From: Fidelibacterota bacterium UBA6531
GTDB lineage: Bacteria > Fidelibacterota > Marinisomatia > Marinisomatales > TCS55
Direction of reading: 5' to 3'
DNA length: 64,000 nt
Assembly: GCA_002436185.1 (NCBI GenBank)
Contig: DJKX01000049.1
Location: 14,088-78,087, forward strand
Shown here: positions 53,413-63,503 of the stretch, piece by piece
Layout: each line of letters opens with the position of its first letter
Position numbering within the stretch: position 1 is the first letter of the stretch
Translations under genes and position numbers: made by a program
Notes under the pieces: model-generated
What the model saw: the letters and a program-made list of their open reading frames with translations, nothing else
Databases searched by the model: none
What the model was told of the DNA's origin: nothing

Positions 53413-55554
53413 ATGAATAATTTATTATTAGTTGTTGGCGCCGGTGTATTGGCCATGCTGTTTTCGTTTTGGAAAACAACATGGATCAATAAGCAGGATG
53501 AGGGAACAGGCAGAATGAAACAAATTGGATCTAGTATTGCTGAAGGCGCCATGGCGTTTCTAAAAGCAGAATATCGTATTTTAACTATTTTTGTAATAGT
53601 TGTTGCTCTTTTGCTCGGGTTTGCAAATTCCGGTCGCGATGATTCAAGTGCTTTGATAGCAATGTCATTCATTGTTGGTGCAACGGCTTCAGGACTGGCG
53701 GGATTTTTAGGAATGAAAGTTGCCACAAAAGCAAACAACCGTACTACAAACGCCGCACGTAACAGTTTAGCCTCTGCATTAAATGTTGCATTTACCGGGG
53801 GAACGGTTATGGGTTTAAGCGTTGTCGGATTGGGCGTTCTTGGTCTTGTCGGATTGTTTATTTTCTATACAAATCATTTTGGTACCGATGCAATTTCAAT
53901 GCGAACGGTATTGAATGTGATATCCGGATTTTCTTTAGGAGCCTCTTCTATCGCTTTGTTTGCTCGTGTTGGTGGCGGTATTTATACAAAAGCTGCAGAT
54001 GTGGGTGCTGACCTTGTAGGAAAAGTAGAAGCTGGAATTCCCGAAGATCACCCGTTGAATCCAGCTACTATTGCAGATAATGTGGGCGATAATGTGGGCG
54101 ATGTCGCCGGAATGGGCGCTGACCTTTTTGAATCTTATGTGGGTTCGATTGTGGGCTCAATGGTTTTAGGGGCGAGCATTTTAGCTGCAGGTGTCTTCGA
54201 TTTAAATTTTGTGATTTTACCCCTTTTCGTTGCTGCAGCCGGGATTCTTGTTTCCATCATGGGAACATTCATGGTTTCAGTTAAAGAAGGCGGCGATCCG
54301 CAAAAAGCTCTAAACCGTGGAGAATTTGGAAGTTCTGCAATTATGGTTGGTGTTATCTATTTTTTGATACAATCATTTCTCCCAGATACATTTATACAGG
54401 GAGGAACAGAATTCACAGCAACAGGCGTATTTTGGGCAACAGTTATCGGACTTGTTGCCGGATTAGGAATTGGACTCATTACTGAACATTATACTGGAAC
54501 GGGGACGGCACCGGTTTTATCTATTGCGAAGCAATCCGTAACAGGACCGGCTACAAATCTAATTGCCGGTCTTGGTGTTGGAATGCAATCAACAGCAATC
54601 CCAATTTTAATTTTAGCATCCGGCATTATGGGCGCACATTATTTTGCAGGCCTTTATGGTATTGCCATGGCAGCTTTAGGTATGCTGGCCAACACCGGAA
54701 TTCAGTTGGCTGTTGATGCCTATGGCCCCATTTCTGATAATGCCGGCGGTATTGCAGAAATGGCTGAATTACCAGAAGAAGTACGCGAGCGGACAGATAA
54801 ATTAGATGCTGTTGGAAATACAACTGCAGCGATTGGAAAAGGATTTGCAATTGGCTCTGCCGCATTAACAGCATTAGCACTATTTGCCGCATTTATGGTT
54901 CAAACCGGAATTAAGAGTATTGATATTTCCAATCCAAGAGTGATGGCCGGTTTATTTGTTGGCGGTATGCTACCATTCCTTTTTTCTTCAATGGCAATGG
55001 GAGCTGTTGGCCGAGCAGCAATGGCTATGATAGAAGAAGTCCGTCGTCAGTTTAGAGATATTCCTGAATTAAAAGCGGCACTGGATATAATGAAAAGCAG
55101 TGACGAAACAACTTGGTCAGATGAAGATAAAGCTACCTATGAATTGGGATTAACAAAAGCGGAACATGGTCGCTGTGTTGAAATTTCTACACAGTCAGCC
55201 ATTAAAGAAATGGTCATGCCCGGGATTTTAGCAATTATTTCTCCCGTCTTGGTTGGATTTACATTTGGACCGGAAACACTGGGGGGATTGCTTGCAGGTG
55301 TTACTGTAACTGGTGTGCTCATGGCAATTTTTCAATCCAATGCTGGTGGTGCTTGGGATAATGCCAAAAAGATGATCGAAGTCGGAGTGAATGTGAATGG
55401 CGAAATGCTCAAAAAAGGCTCAGAAGCTCATAAAGCTGCAATTGTTGGAGATACAGTTGGTGATCCGTTTAAGGATACATCGGGTCCATCACTAAATATT
55501 TTAATTAAGTTAATGTCAGTGGTGTCTTTGGTTATAGCACCATTATTAGTATAA
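53413..55554 (+). CDS. hppA: Membrane-bound proton/sodium-translocating pyrophosphatase (K+-dependent-type signature)
   Basis: 713 aa, ~16 [42 protein letters not shown], and [20 protein letters not shown]. The motif [10 protein letters not shown] has Ala, not Lys, after TT. To my knowledge this marks the K+-dependent subfamily. Confidence 0.93.
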   Translation: MNNLLLVVGAGVLAMLFSFWKTTWINKQDEGTGRMKQIGSSIAEGAMAFLKAEYRILTIFVIVVALLLGFANSGRDDSSALIAMSFIVGATASGLAGFLGMKVATKANNRTTNAARNSLASALNVAFTGGTVMGLSVVGLGVLGLVGLFIFYTNHFGTDAISMRTVLNVISGFSLGASSIALFARVGGGIYTKAADVGADLVGKVEAGIPEDHPLNPATIADNVGDNVGDVAGMGADLFESYVGSIVGSMVLGASILAAGVFDLNFVILPLFVAAAGILVSIMGTFMVSVKEGGDPQKALNRGEFGSSAIMVGVIYFLIQSFLPDTFIQGGTEFTATGVFWATVIGLVAGLGIGLITEHYTGTGTAPVLSIAKQSVTGPATNLIAGLGVGMQSTAIPILILASGIMGAHYFAGLYGIAMAALGMLANTGIQLAVDAYGPISDNAGGIAEMAELPEEVRERTDKLDAVGNTTAAIGKGFAIGSAALTALALFAAFMVQTGIKSIDISNPRVMAGLFVGGMLPFLFSSMAMGAVGRAAMAMIEEVRRQFRDIPELKAALDIMKSSDETTWSDEDKATYELGLTKAEHGRCVEISTQSAIKEMVMPGILAIISPVLVGFTFGPETLGGLLAGVTVTGVLMAIFQSNAGGAWDNAKKMIEVGVNVNGEMLKKGSEAHKAAIVGDTVGDPFKDTSGPSLNILIKLMSVVSLVIAPLLV

Positions 55555-55578
55555 AAGGAATTTGAGGAGAATTTATCT

Positions 55579-55977
55579 ATGCGATATTATGAAACACTCT
55601 ACATTTTGAACCCTGATTTTGAACAGGAGAGAACAGATAGCATTTTAAATGATATTGGTGAACACGTAAACAAATTTAGCGAAGTTATTTACCATAATGA
55701 ATGGGGTAAAAAAAGGCTGGCTTACCCTATTAACAATCATAAATATGGAACATACGTCCTTTTGCATTTTGAAACAGAAAACACTGCGGAATTAGACGAT
55801 TTTGAAAGTTTTATGAAATTGAACAACTCTGTATTGCGTTACCAAAATGTACGTCTTGATTCAAAGCCGGAAATTGTAGAGGATGAAACAAAAGCACAAG
55901 AGCCGGAAGAAAAAGAAGAGAAAGACGAAAAAGAAGAAGTAAAACTTGAAACGGTTGAAGAAGAAACTTCAGCATAA
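55579..55977 (+). CDS. rpsF: 30S ribosomal protein S6 (with acidic C-terminal tail)
   Basis: 132 aa. [17 protein letters not shown]..., [10 protein letters not shown], and GTYVLLHFE, followed by a Glu/Lys-rich tail. Confidence 0.93.
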   Translation: MRYYETLYILNPDFEQERTDSILNDIGEHVNKFSEVIYHNEWGKKRLAYPINNHKYGTYVLLHFETENTAELDDFESFMKLNNSVLRYQNVRLDSKPEIVEDETKAQEPEEKEEKDEKEEVKLETVEEETSA

Positions 55978-55995
55978 TAAAGAAAAGAGGAAATT

Positions 55996-56223
55996 ATGGC
56001 ATTTGTAAGTCGTAAAAAGTTTTGTTATTTCAAAGAAAACAATATTAAAGAAATTGACTATAAAGATGTAAAACTCTTGCGCCGCTTTGTAACGGAACAG
56101 GGCAAAATCATGCCTCGGAGAGTTACTGGCACCAGTGCAAAAATGCATAGGAAATTGATACGAGCTATCAAAAGAGCACGAAACATTGCTTTAATGCCTT
56201 ATACAAGCTTAGGCGACAATTAA
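55996..56223 (+). CDS. rpsR: 30S ribosomal protein S18
   Basis: 75 aa. [61 protein letters not shown]. Confidence 0.95.
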   Translation: MAFVSRKKFCYFKENNIKEIDYKDVKLLRRFVTEQGKIMPRRVTGTSAKMHRKLIRAIKRARNIALMPYTSLGDN

Positions 56224-56252
56224 TCATTATATTAACCAAAAGGACTTAAACC

Positions 56253-56696
56253 ATGGATATAATATTACTTAAGGATGTAGATACATTAGGTACTGCCGGT
56301 GATATTGTTAACGTAAAACCGGGTTTCGCCCGAAATTTTCTGTTTCCCAGACGGTTGGCATTGCGAGCGTCTAAACGCAATCTGGCCATTGCAGATGAAC
56401 GTAAACGTAACTCTGAAAAACGTCTCAAACATGATGCAAAAATAAATCATGAACTTGCAGATCAATTAAAAGATCTGGAAATGACATTTGAGGTGCAGGT
56501 AGGAGAAGAAGAAAAAATGTTTGGAGCTGTAACAACCAATGATATTCATAAAAAACTGGAAGAAAAAGGTGTTGTTCTTGAGCGTCACCGCATCGAGTTG
56601 CAGGAATCCATCAAATCACTTGGTATTTATCATGTACCGGTATGCGTGTCTGAAGATTTAAAACCTGAACTAAAAGTGTATGTTATAAAAGCGTAA
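56253..56696 (+). CDS. rplI: 50S ribosomal protein L9
   Basis: 147 aa. MDIILLKDVDTLGTAGDIVNVKPGFARNFLFPRRLA. Confidence 0.95.
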   Translation: MDIILLKDVDTLGTAGDIVNVKPGFARNFLFPRRLALRASKRNLAIADERKRNSEKRLKHDAKINHELADQLKDLEMTFEVQVGEEEKMFGAVTTNDIHKKLEEKGVVLERHRIELQESIKSLGIYHVPVCVSEDLKPELKVYVIKA

Positions 56697-56722
56697 CACT
56701 TAAATTCTAAAAAGCTCTTATA

Positions 56723-56756
56723 TAACCCTCGCTTATTGCGGGGGTTATTAATTTAT
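56723..56756 (+). terminator. Rho-independent terminator after rplI
   Basis: TAACCCTCGC (56723-56732), loop TTATT, GCGGGGGTTA (56738-56747). The 10-bp stem has one G-U pair and is followed by the T-rich TTAATTTAT. Confidence 0.7.
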
Positions 56757-56798
56757 ATAAAGAATTCTTGCCGGAAGGTTTTACTGCATTTACCTTCA

Positions 56799-59033
56799 AT
56801 GATCATGTTTGCAGAAGTTGCTTTCCCAATCTCTAGTTATTGCCAATTTACTTACAAAATTCCAAAAGAATTTATTGACTCTCTTCAAGTTGGAACGCGT
56901 GTAAAAGCCCCCTTGGGTAATCGTATGGTTACGGGCATAGTTGTTAATAAATCTGCAAAATCAGATTTTAAAGGTAAACATAAACAGATCAAAGAATTAG
57001 TTGACCACCAACCGGTAATGGATAAAAAACTATGGAAATTGGTAACATGGATGAGCAAATATTATTTCACCCCGATTGGACAAGTAGTAAAAACAGTTTT
57101 ACCATCAAACTTATCAGCTAAGTATACACCTCCAACAACAAGTATCATTTCATTTAAAACATGGGGTGATGATTACAAACAATTTCAAAAAAAATCTCCC
57201 GCACAAGCAAAAGTATTAAAACATTTATCTACTCAAAAAGGAGCTATTCCCATATCCTCACTCAAGAATTTAGTGAGCAATCCCAGCGCAATTAGCAAAA
57301 CATTATTTGAAAAAGATCTAGTTGATTTGGATGAAGTAACGAATCTGCCCGATATAACCGGATTTACTTTTTCAAAAATCCATAAAGAAATCAAATTCAC
57401 AGATGAACAACAACTGGCGATAGATGATTTAAGCACAAAATTGAATTCAGGAAAATTCAGTCCAACATTACTCCACGGCGTTACAGGAAGCGGAAAAACA
57501 GAGATATATATTGAACTTGTACGTCAAGCCTTGGAGCAGAACAAATCAGCAATATTGCTGTTACCGGAAATATCATTAACGCCTCAAATCGCCGGAAGAT
57601 TCCGGGCTGTATTTGACGAACAGGTTGCGTTATGGCATTCAAAACTATCCCATGCAGCACGAGCCTGGACTTGGAAAAAGATTTGTTCAGGAGAATTTAA
57701 TGTTGTGATTGGTGCTCGCAGTGCTATCTTTGCTCCAATAAAAAATATTGGCGTAATTATAATTGACGAAGAACAGGAAAATTCATTTAAACAGGATTCT
57801 CCCGAGCCAAGATATCATGCTCGAGACATCGCTTTGATGCGTGGCAAACTGCACAAGGCAGTTGTGCTTATGTCCAGCGCCACTCCAAGTTTGGATAGCT
57901 ATTATAATTATGTCCAGGGGAAATATGATTATATACAATTAAACGATAGGTTCGGCGGTGCTCCTTATCCACAAGTTTATGTTGTGGACATGATCAAAGA
58001 ACAGGAAGAGACGGGTAAATTTCAGCAAGTTATTTCCAGCATGCTCCAGCAAAAAATGGAGCGAAAATTTGCCAAAGGTGAACAAGTTATATTATTGCAA
58101 AATCGACGGGGATTTGCACCGATAATGCGTTGCGGTGATTGCGGACATGTGGAAACATGTGTTCAATGTGAAATTGCATTAACATACCATAGTTATAAGC
58201 GTATGCTTAAATGCCATTTTTGTGGTTTTGAAACCGGAGATATAACAACAGCCTGTCAGAAGTGTAGTAGTATAAATATAAAACTTCTTGGAGTTGGCAC
58301 ACAAAAGGTAGAAGATATTATTGCTGATATTTTCTCAAACATTAAAGTGGCAAGAATTGATTATGACACCACCCGTAAAATCACTTCTATGACAAACGTT
58401 TTGGAACAGTTTTCTGCTGGTAAAATTGATGTGTTGATTGGAACTCAAATGATTGCCAAAGGATTAGATTTTGACAATGCAACACTTGTGGGAATTGTAA
58501 ATGGCGATACCGGCCTTTTTTTACCTGACTTTCGTTCCGGAGAAAAAGTGTTTCAACTTATTTATCAAGCTGCAGGCCGATCTGGAAGACGGAAGTCCGG
58601 GGAAGTAGTAATTCAAACATATAACCCTGATAATCCTGTATTAAAACATGCAGCCAAACTAGATCAAAAAACGTATTACAATATTGCCTTGAGTGAACGT
58701 CGAGAATTGCAATACGCTCCCTTTTCCTGGATGATACGCATTGAGATAGAAGGAGCAAAAAAAGAACATGTAAATACGACCGCAGAAATAATATGCAGCA
58801 AATTGCGGCCATCTCCAAAAGGTATAATTATATTAGGACCTGCAAATTGTTATCGGGAACGATTACGCAGTAAATATCGTATGCATATCATTCTTAAATC
58901 AAATAAAACATATGATATCAATGGTAATAAGATGCATAAATATTTACAAAAACGTATATCTGCAAAATTATTCGATAAAATTCCTTCAGGCGTAAAAGCA
59001 TTTATTGATGTAAACCCAGTGTCTGTTTTATGA
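56799..59033 (+). CDS. priA: Primosomal protein N' (replication restart helicase PriA)
   Basis: MIMFAEVAFPISS...FTYKIP is the usual PriA N-terminus. Contains Walker A GVTGSGKTE, IIIDEEQE, and Cys-rich zinc motifs (CGDCGHVETCVQCEIALTYH...CHFCG...CQKCSS). The ORF-track start at 56736 would overlap the rplI terminator, so the ATG at 56799 (or 56805) is preferred. Confidence 0.93.
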   Translation: MIMFAEVAFPISSYCQFTYKIPKEFIDSLQVGTRVKAPLGNRMVTGIVVNKSAKSDFKGKHKQIKELVDHQPVMDKKLWKLVTWMSKYYFTPIGQVVKTVLPSNLSAKYTPPTTSIISFKTWGDDYKQFQKKSPAQAKVLKHLSTQKGAIPISSLKNLVSNPSAISKTLFEKDLVDLDEVTNLPDITGFTFSKIHKEIKFTDEQQLAIDDLSTKLNSGKFSPTLLHGVTGSGKTEIYIELVRQALEQNKSAILLLPEISLTPQIAGRFRAVFDEQVALWHSKLSHAARAWTWKKICSGEFNVVIGARSAIFAPIKNIGVIIIDEEQENSFKQDSPEPRYHARDIALMRGKLHKAVVLMSSATPSLDSYYNYVQGKYDYIQLNDRFGGAPYPQVYVVDMIKEQEETGKFQQVISSMLQQKMERKFAKGEQVILLQNRRGFAPIMRCGDCGHVETCVQCEIALTYHSYKRMLKCHFCGFETGDITTACQKCSSINIKLLGVGTQKVEDIIADIFSNIKVARIDYDTTRKITSMTNVLEQFSAGKIDVLIGTQMIAKGLDFDNATLVGIVNGDTGLFLPDFRSGEKVFQLIYQAAGRSGRRKSGEVVIQTYNPDNPVLKHAAKLDQKTYYNIALSERRELQYAPFSWMIRIEIEGAKKEHVNTTAEIICSKLRPSPKGIIILGPANCYRERLRSKYRMHIILKSNKTYDINGNKMHKYLQKRISAKLFDKIPSGVKAFIDVNPVSVL

Positions 59034-59929
59034 GAAGTATAGTTTATAGTTTTTTATTTAATATATTATTTGCGGGAGTCACATTCCCGGGGCTTGAAAA
59101 TTGGTACCATCCCCACCGCATGGCACTCACAGGCGCTGGAGGCGCTATTCAAAATATAACAGCAGATGTGGTCAACCCGGCAGCTTTATGGATGCTACCA
59201 AGACAATTTGAAGCAAGTTTTATTTCCTATCCTGCAGATATTACAGCACAATCAGTTCATTTATCTTTACCTGGGAAAGAGTCTGTAACTGTGTATGGTT
59301 TACGCCATTTAAACTATGGTTTGTTTTCAGGCCGAGATGAATTAAATCAGGAGACTGAAAATTACTCCGCAGCTGATACATGGTTGAACTGGGCAGCAGC
59401 AGGACATTCTTCACGGTGGCCATTAGTATGGGGCATTAGTGCGGGTATTTTTATTAGTACTATCGAGGCAAAGCAAGCAGCACTGTTTACGTTTTCAGCC
59501 GGTGCTATTGTGGATTTAAAAAAATTGAATTCTAAACTAGGTGTTAGTTTAATTAATTTAGGATCCGTCATAAAAAACTATTCTGAAAAGGAGGAAGAAC
59601 TGCCAACAGCTGTTGTAATCTCGATAACAAAAAAACTTGCCTATTTACCATTGACCTTTTCACTGGATGCATATAATAGATTCAGCTTAAAAATGCCTGA
59701 AATACGTTTGGGTGGTGTATTTGCACTTCCTTATCAGCTACAACTAAAGTTGGGTACAAGTACAAATCGATTACAGCAATCAACGAGTCAAAGCCTTTCC
59801 AGAGACTTTTTTGCTGATTCAGGTTTTGGTGTGGCGTGGATATATGAAAATTATAATTTTGAAACAGGGGTGTATTCCTATGGTCCCGGAGGCTGGATTT
59901 CCGGACTGGCAGTAGGTATTAAGTTTTGA
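59030..59929 (+). CDS. Hypothetical outer-membrane beta-barrel-like protein
   Basis: 299 aa, ATGA overlap with the priA stop, hydrophobic N-terminus FLFNILFAGV. It has alternating strands and a C-terminal aromatic residue (...GLAVGIKF). No family recognised. Confidence 0.55.
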   Translation: MRSIVYSFLFNILFAGVTFPGLENWYHPHRMALTGAGGAIQNITADVVNPAALWMLPRQFEASFISYPADITAQSVHLSLPGKESVTVYGLRHLNYGLFSGRDELNQETENYSAADTWLNWAAAGHSSRWPLVWGISAGIFISTIEAKQAALFTFSAGAIVDLKKLNSKLGVSLINLGSVIKNYSEKEEELPTAVVISITKKLAYLPLTFSLDAYNRFSLKMPEIRLGGVFALPYQLQLKLGTSTNRLQQSTSQSLSRDFFADSGFGVAWIYENYNFETGVYSYGPGGWISGLAVGIKF

Positions 59930-59932
59930 TGC

Positions 59933-62695
59933 GTGGTTAACAAACGTATATTAAAAAATAGTATTTGTGGTGTCTTTCTATCCACTCTCCTGCTTGGAAC
60001 CGAACTTAAGATAAATTATAATCTGGATGTCTATTTCCATCCTCGGACGGACCAAACATCCGGATTTATAGAGGGAGTCAATCATGTGCGCATTGTTAAT
60101 AATTCTCATACAGAACTAAAAGAATTATATTTTCATAACGCCGGAAACCATGATCCAAAACATGCTCCTTTATCTGAAATATCATCAATACGTTGTTCTC
60201 ATGGCGGTAAAGTTTCAGGGCAGGATAGCCTGGTGCTAATAATTGGTCTGTTTCCTCCTGTTCAGGCTGGAGAAACAGTCATTGTTGATATCCCTTTTAA
60301 GACGTATTTCACGTCATCAGGGAACCCAAGTCTACCCGCTTATGGCTCCCGGAAAGATACTGTTACATACAATGCTATTCATTACTACCCTGTACTTGAA
60401 TATTTTTATAGTGATGGATGGCATCCTGATGAATATGGAAAGACTATAAAACCTCATTCTAATTTTGCAAAATATGAAATGGACTTAACTGTCCCAACGG
60501 ACTTCTTAGTAGGGATATCGAGCAGTATATCAAAACAGATTGAATTAGAAACAGGGCATACCAAATATAAGATCAAAGATAATCATACACTATCAAGTAG
60601 CGCAGTTTTTATTAAGGGAATGCAAAAATATCCATTAAATATAAGTGGTATCCAGATAGAAATCATTGCACAAAAATCGCAGGAAAAACACGTTAAGAAT
60701 CTTCAAGCTCGTTTGGAAAAATTAATTCCTTTTTATGAAAAACAGTTTGGAAATGCATTAATGGATAAATTGGTTATCAGCAGTGGATATTCTATTGGAT
60801 CAAGAGCTATTACAAAAAGCAATTATATTATTTTTCAAGATAAAATTGACAATGGCCATGTATTTGATCATGAATTAGCACATCAATGGTTTGGTTTTTC
60901 AATTCAAGCTGATGCATATGCAGAAAACTGGTTAAACGAATCTCTTGCTGAATATGCAAGTTGGCTATTTGAACGATCTCAAAAAGTAAAACCTGACCCT
61001 TTTACATTTACTAAACCTATCCCAGACTTGAATATATGGCCCGAGATTAAAGCCATGGATATGGAAGATTGGACACAGTTTTTGCTGGATGTCATTGGTG
61101 AAAAATCACTTCCACCTATTTATCGCCCTGGAAAGCAAACCAATTGGGAAAACGCTGCAAATATATATAGTAAATATATTGTCGGCAGTCATGCTTTGCA
61201 GATGCTGCAGGCATCCGAAGGCGATTCTGTAATGCAAATCATTATGATGGATTATTCTATGTTGTTTAGAGGAAAAACAGCAAATACTGAAGATTTCATT
61301 AATATAATTAAAAAACATACAGACGATAAAATAGCAGATAATTTTAGATTAGCTCTTACAACAAATCTACAACTCGATTTTAAGATTGAAGATGTTACAA
61401 GTCAGTATAAAATTAACAGGTTATGGAATAATAAAATTAATACAAAATATAATGGTAGTTGGATTTTACCGGTAGATGTATTAATTATAACTGAAAATGG
61501 GGATAGCACTTTATTACATCAGATAGATATTAATAGAAACAATACAATTGAAATAACTACCTTATCCCAATTGGTATCAGCAGAGCTTGATCCCAATAAA
61601 CTATTATTTGATGATAACCGGTTTAATAACCGCTGGCCTCGACAAATATCATTACAGCCCAATTATGGTTTACCCCATTGGGAAACATATAAGGTATATT
61701 ACCGACCGAAGTTAAAAAGGGATTGGCGCGGCAATTGGCGAACAGGAGTAAAATTTTCAGGCGGGTTGGGAATTAATCTGATGCCGATTATGCCGGCTTT
61801 TTACCAAAACCTGTTTGACTTGGAGATAACGTTTTCAATAGGTGTCCCAGAATATAATTGGGGCGGAAAAGTCAGTTATAAAACTCCTTTGAAATCTACA
61901 GTCAACACCTATTGGGAGTTGGAAACCGGTTATGAATATCCAAAAAAATGGACAAAAATTGCATTTAATAATTATCTAGGTGAGCCAAAATATTTAGCAG
62001 TACATGGTGAATCATCTTATTCCCGATTAACAACAACATTTTCTAACACTGAATATATTTCGTCAGATTCCAGCGATTGGTGGCCGGCTGGCCGGAATAT
62101 TAAATTGAAAGAAAAATGGTCAATTTTTTCTTATACAACTGATCAGCGATATCTTTTGGAAGTTTACTTTCTTGGTGGTTTTCAGGAAGAAGTATCATTT
62201 TATAATTTTGGAATTTCTGCAGATGTAGAAACACATAAAATAGAAGGTTTTATTATTCGTTTTCATAGTGAAGCCGGTTTTGTTTGGGATGAACGCGGGG
62301 GGAACGAACTTTCTTATAGATTATTGTATATCCCAAAAATCTGGCAACAACGTGAAGGTCAAATCCCCCTTTTTCGCGGTGTTTCAATTATTGAAAAAGA
62401 ATGGCAAAATAATATTTTCAGCAACGGGATAAGCATTGGCTGGGAAACGAAAACGGTAGCATGGCCCATGGTGTTTATCGATGGAGCCGTCGTTAGTAAT
62501 GAGCAAGGAACATTGCTGGATCGAATGGATTATTTGAATAATAGTGGTTCTGTTTATTTGACAGCCGGTGTTGGCCTTGAGTCTCAAACAATGATGGAAA
62601 TTGGATTATATTTTCCTATTTGGGTTTCTCATCCCATTAGAGGTGAAGATAATTTTGCTTTGAGAATGCTAATGCAATGGGGTTTTTATTTTTAA
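59933..62695 (+). CDS. M1-family (gluzincin) metallopeptidase fused to a C-terminal beta-barrel-like domain
   Basis: 920 aa, GTG start 3 nt after the upstream stop, with a signal-like N-terminus. The zinc site is HELAHQWFG followed 18 aa later by WLNESLAEY (HExxH-x18-E). The last ~360 aa are rich in short amphipathic strands and end ...LRMLMQWGFYF, which resembles an OMP beta-signal. Confidence 0.75.
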   Translation: MVNKRILKNSICGVFLSTLLLGTELKINYNLDVYFHPRTDQTSGFIEGVNHVRIVNNSHTELKELYFHNAGNHDPKHAPLSEISSIRCSHGGKVSGQDSLVLIIGLFPPVQAGETVIVDIPFKTYFTSSGNPSLPAYGSRKDTVTYNAIHYYPVLEYFYSDGWHPDEYGKTIKPHSNFAKYEMDLTVPTDFLVGISSSISKQIELETGHTKYKIKDNHTLSSSAVFIKGMQKYPLNISGIQIEIIAQKSQEKHVKNLQARLEKLIPFYEKQFGNALMDKLVISSGYSIGSRAITKSNYIIFQDKIDNGHVFDHELAHQWFGFSIQADAYAENWLNESLAEYASWLFERSQKVKPDPFTFTKPIPDLNIWPEIKAMDMEDWTQFLLDVIGEKSLPPIYRPGKQTNWENAANIYSKYIVGSHALQMLQASEGDSVMQIIMMDYSMLFRGKTANTEDFINIIKKHTDDKIADNFRLALTTNLQLDFKIEDVTSQYKINRLWNNKINTKYNGSWILPVDVLIITENGDSTLLHQIDINRNNTIEITTLSQLVSAELDPNKLLFDDNRFNNRWPRQISLQPNYGLPHWETYKVYYRPKLKRDWRGNWRTGVKFSGGLGINLMPIMPAFYQNLFDLEITFSIGVPEYNWGGKVSYKTPLKSTVNTYWELETGYEYPKKWTKIAFNNYLGEPKYLAVHGESSYSRLTTTFSNTEYISSDSSDWWPAGRNIKLKEKWSIFSYTTDQRYLLEVYFLGGFQEEVSFYNFGISADVETHKIEGFIIRFHSEAGFVWDERGGNELSYRLLYIPKIWQQREGQIPLFRGVSIIEKEWQNNIFSNGISIGWETKTVAWPMVFIDGAVVSNEQGTLLDRMDYLNNSGSVYLTAGVGLESQTMMEIGLYFPIWVSHPIRGEDNFALRMLMQWGFYF

Positions 62696-62817
62696 ATAGT
62701 GTAATTATTTATTATTTAAAGAGATAAGGATTATAATTAGTAAAAATATTAGACAAATCTTTCTTTCTAGTAAAATATTTCAGCGATAAGTTCTTTAAGT
62801 AAAAATAGGTTGTAGAT

Positions 62818-63294
62818 ATGTTTGACAAAAAAGATATTAAAATTTTAGAAATCCTACAAGTAGATGGTCGTTCAACAGCTAGCGATATTGCTAAAGAAGT
62901 AAACCTGTCTATTCCTGCGGTGGGAGAACGGATCAAAAAATTAACTGAAAAGGGACTTATAAAACAATTTTCAGCTATTTTGGATCATAAAAATATTGGC
63001 CTTGACCTAACAGCCTTTGTTTTTATTATTAGTGAGCATTCTGATCATTACAATGAATTTGTAAAGAAAGCCAAAGAAACAAAAGCAATTTTGGAGTGCC
63101 ATTCTATTACAGGGGGTGGATCGCATATTTTAAAAGTACGTGTGAAAAATTCACAAACTTTGGAAGATTTTTTATATGAAATTCAAAATTGGCCTGGTGT
63201 GTCGCGAACGCAGTCAAACGTAGTGCTCTCAACATATAAAGAAACTACGAATGACGACTTAACAACATTAAAAGAATTACACAATATTACTTAA
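62818..63294 (+). CDS. Lrp/AsnC family transcriptional regulator
   Basis: 158 aa. The HTH is DIKILEILQVDGRSTASDIAKEVNLSIPAVGERIKKLTEKGLIKQF. The C-terminal AsnC-type effector domain is LTAFVFI...ECHSITGGGSHILKVRV. Confidence 0.9.
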   Translation: MFDKKDIKILEILQVDGRSTASDIAKEVNLSIPAVGERIKKLTEKGLIKQFSAILDHKNIGLDLTAFVFIISEHSDHYNEFVKKAKETKAILECHSITGGGSHILKVRVKNSQTLEDFLYEIQNWPGVSRTQSNVVLSTYKETTNDDLTTLKELHNIT

Positions 63295-63399
63295 TTAATA
63301 AAGATTATTGAATTATACCTTTTCAAGGTTTAATATTTGCAGGGTAAAAATGCAGGTGCAATAAGAAATCTCGACCTTTAGAAATAAATTTAGCAGGTA

Positions 63400-63427
63400 T
63401 TAAGGGCCTAATACGCCTTAATTTTTT
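63400..63427 (+). terminator. Hairpin plus T-tract downstream of the Lrp-family gene
   Basis: TTAAGG (63400-63405), 10-nt loop, CCTTAA (63416-63421), then TTTTTT. Short stem, so only moderate support. Confidence 0.35.
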
Positions 63428-63441
63428 ATAGTTCTTTTTTT

Positions 63442-63475
63442 TACCCCAACAACATTGTTGGGGTAATTATTTTCC
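63442..63475 (+). terminator. Perfect 10-bp hairpin flanked by T-rich runs (terminator or gltB leader element)
   Basis: TACCCCAACA (63442-63451), loop ACAT, TGTTGGGGTA (63456-63465), then ATTATTTT. Preceded by TTCTTTTTTTT. Confidence 0.5.
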
Positions 63476-63503
63476 CCCAAAATCCAAATAAGAAGAATTT
63501 CTT

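Noticed and set aside
55978-55995. Absence of ssb/priB between rpsF and rpsR, with priA just downstream of rplI
   Set aside because: The rpsF-rpsR-rplI order without an intervening gene occurs in various lineages. priA is separated from rplI by a terminator. The adjacency is a curiosity with no further support.
56736-56798. Upstream extension of priA from a non-ATG start
   Set aside because: It would begin inside the rplI terminator hairpin (56723-56756). The PriA consensus N-terminus (M..aeVa.p) begins at 56799/56805.
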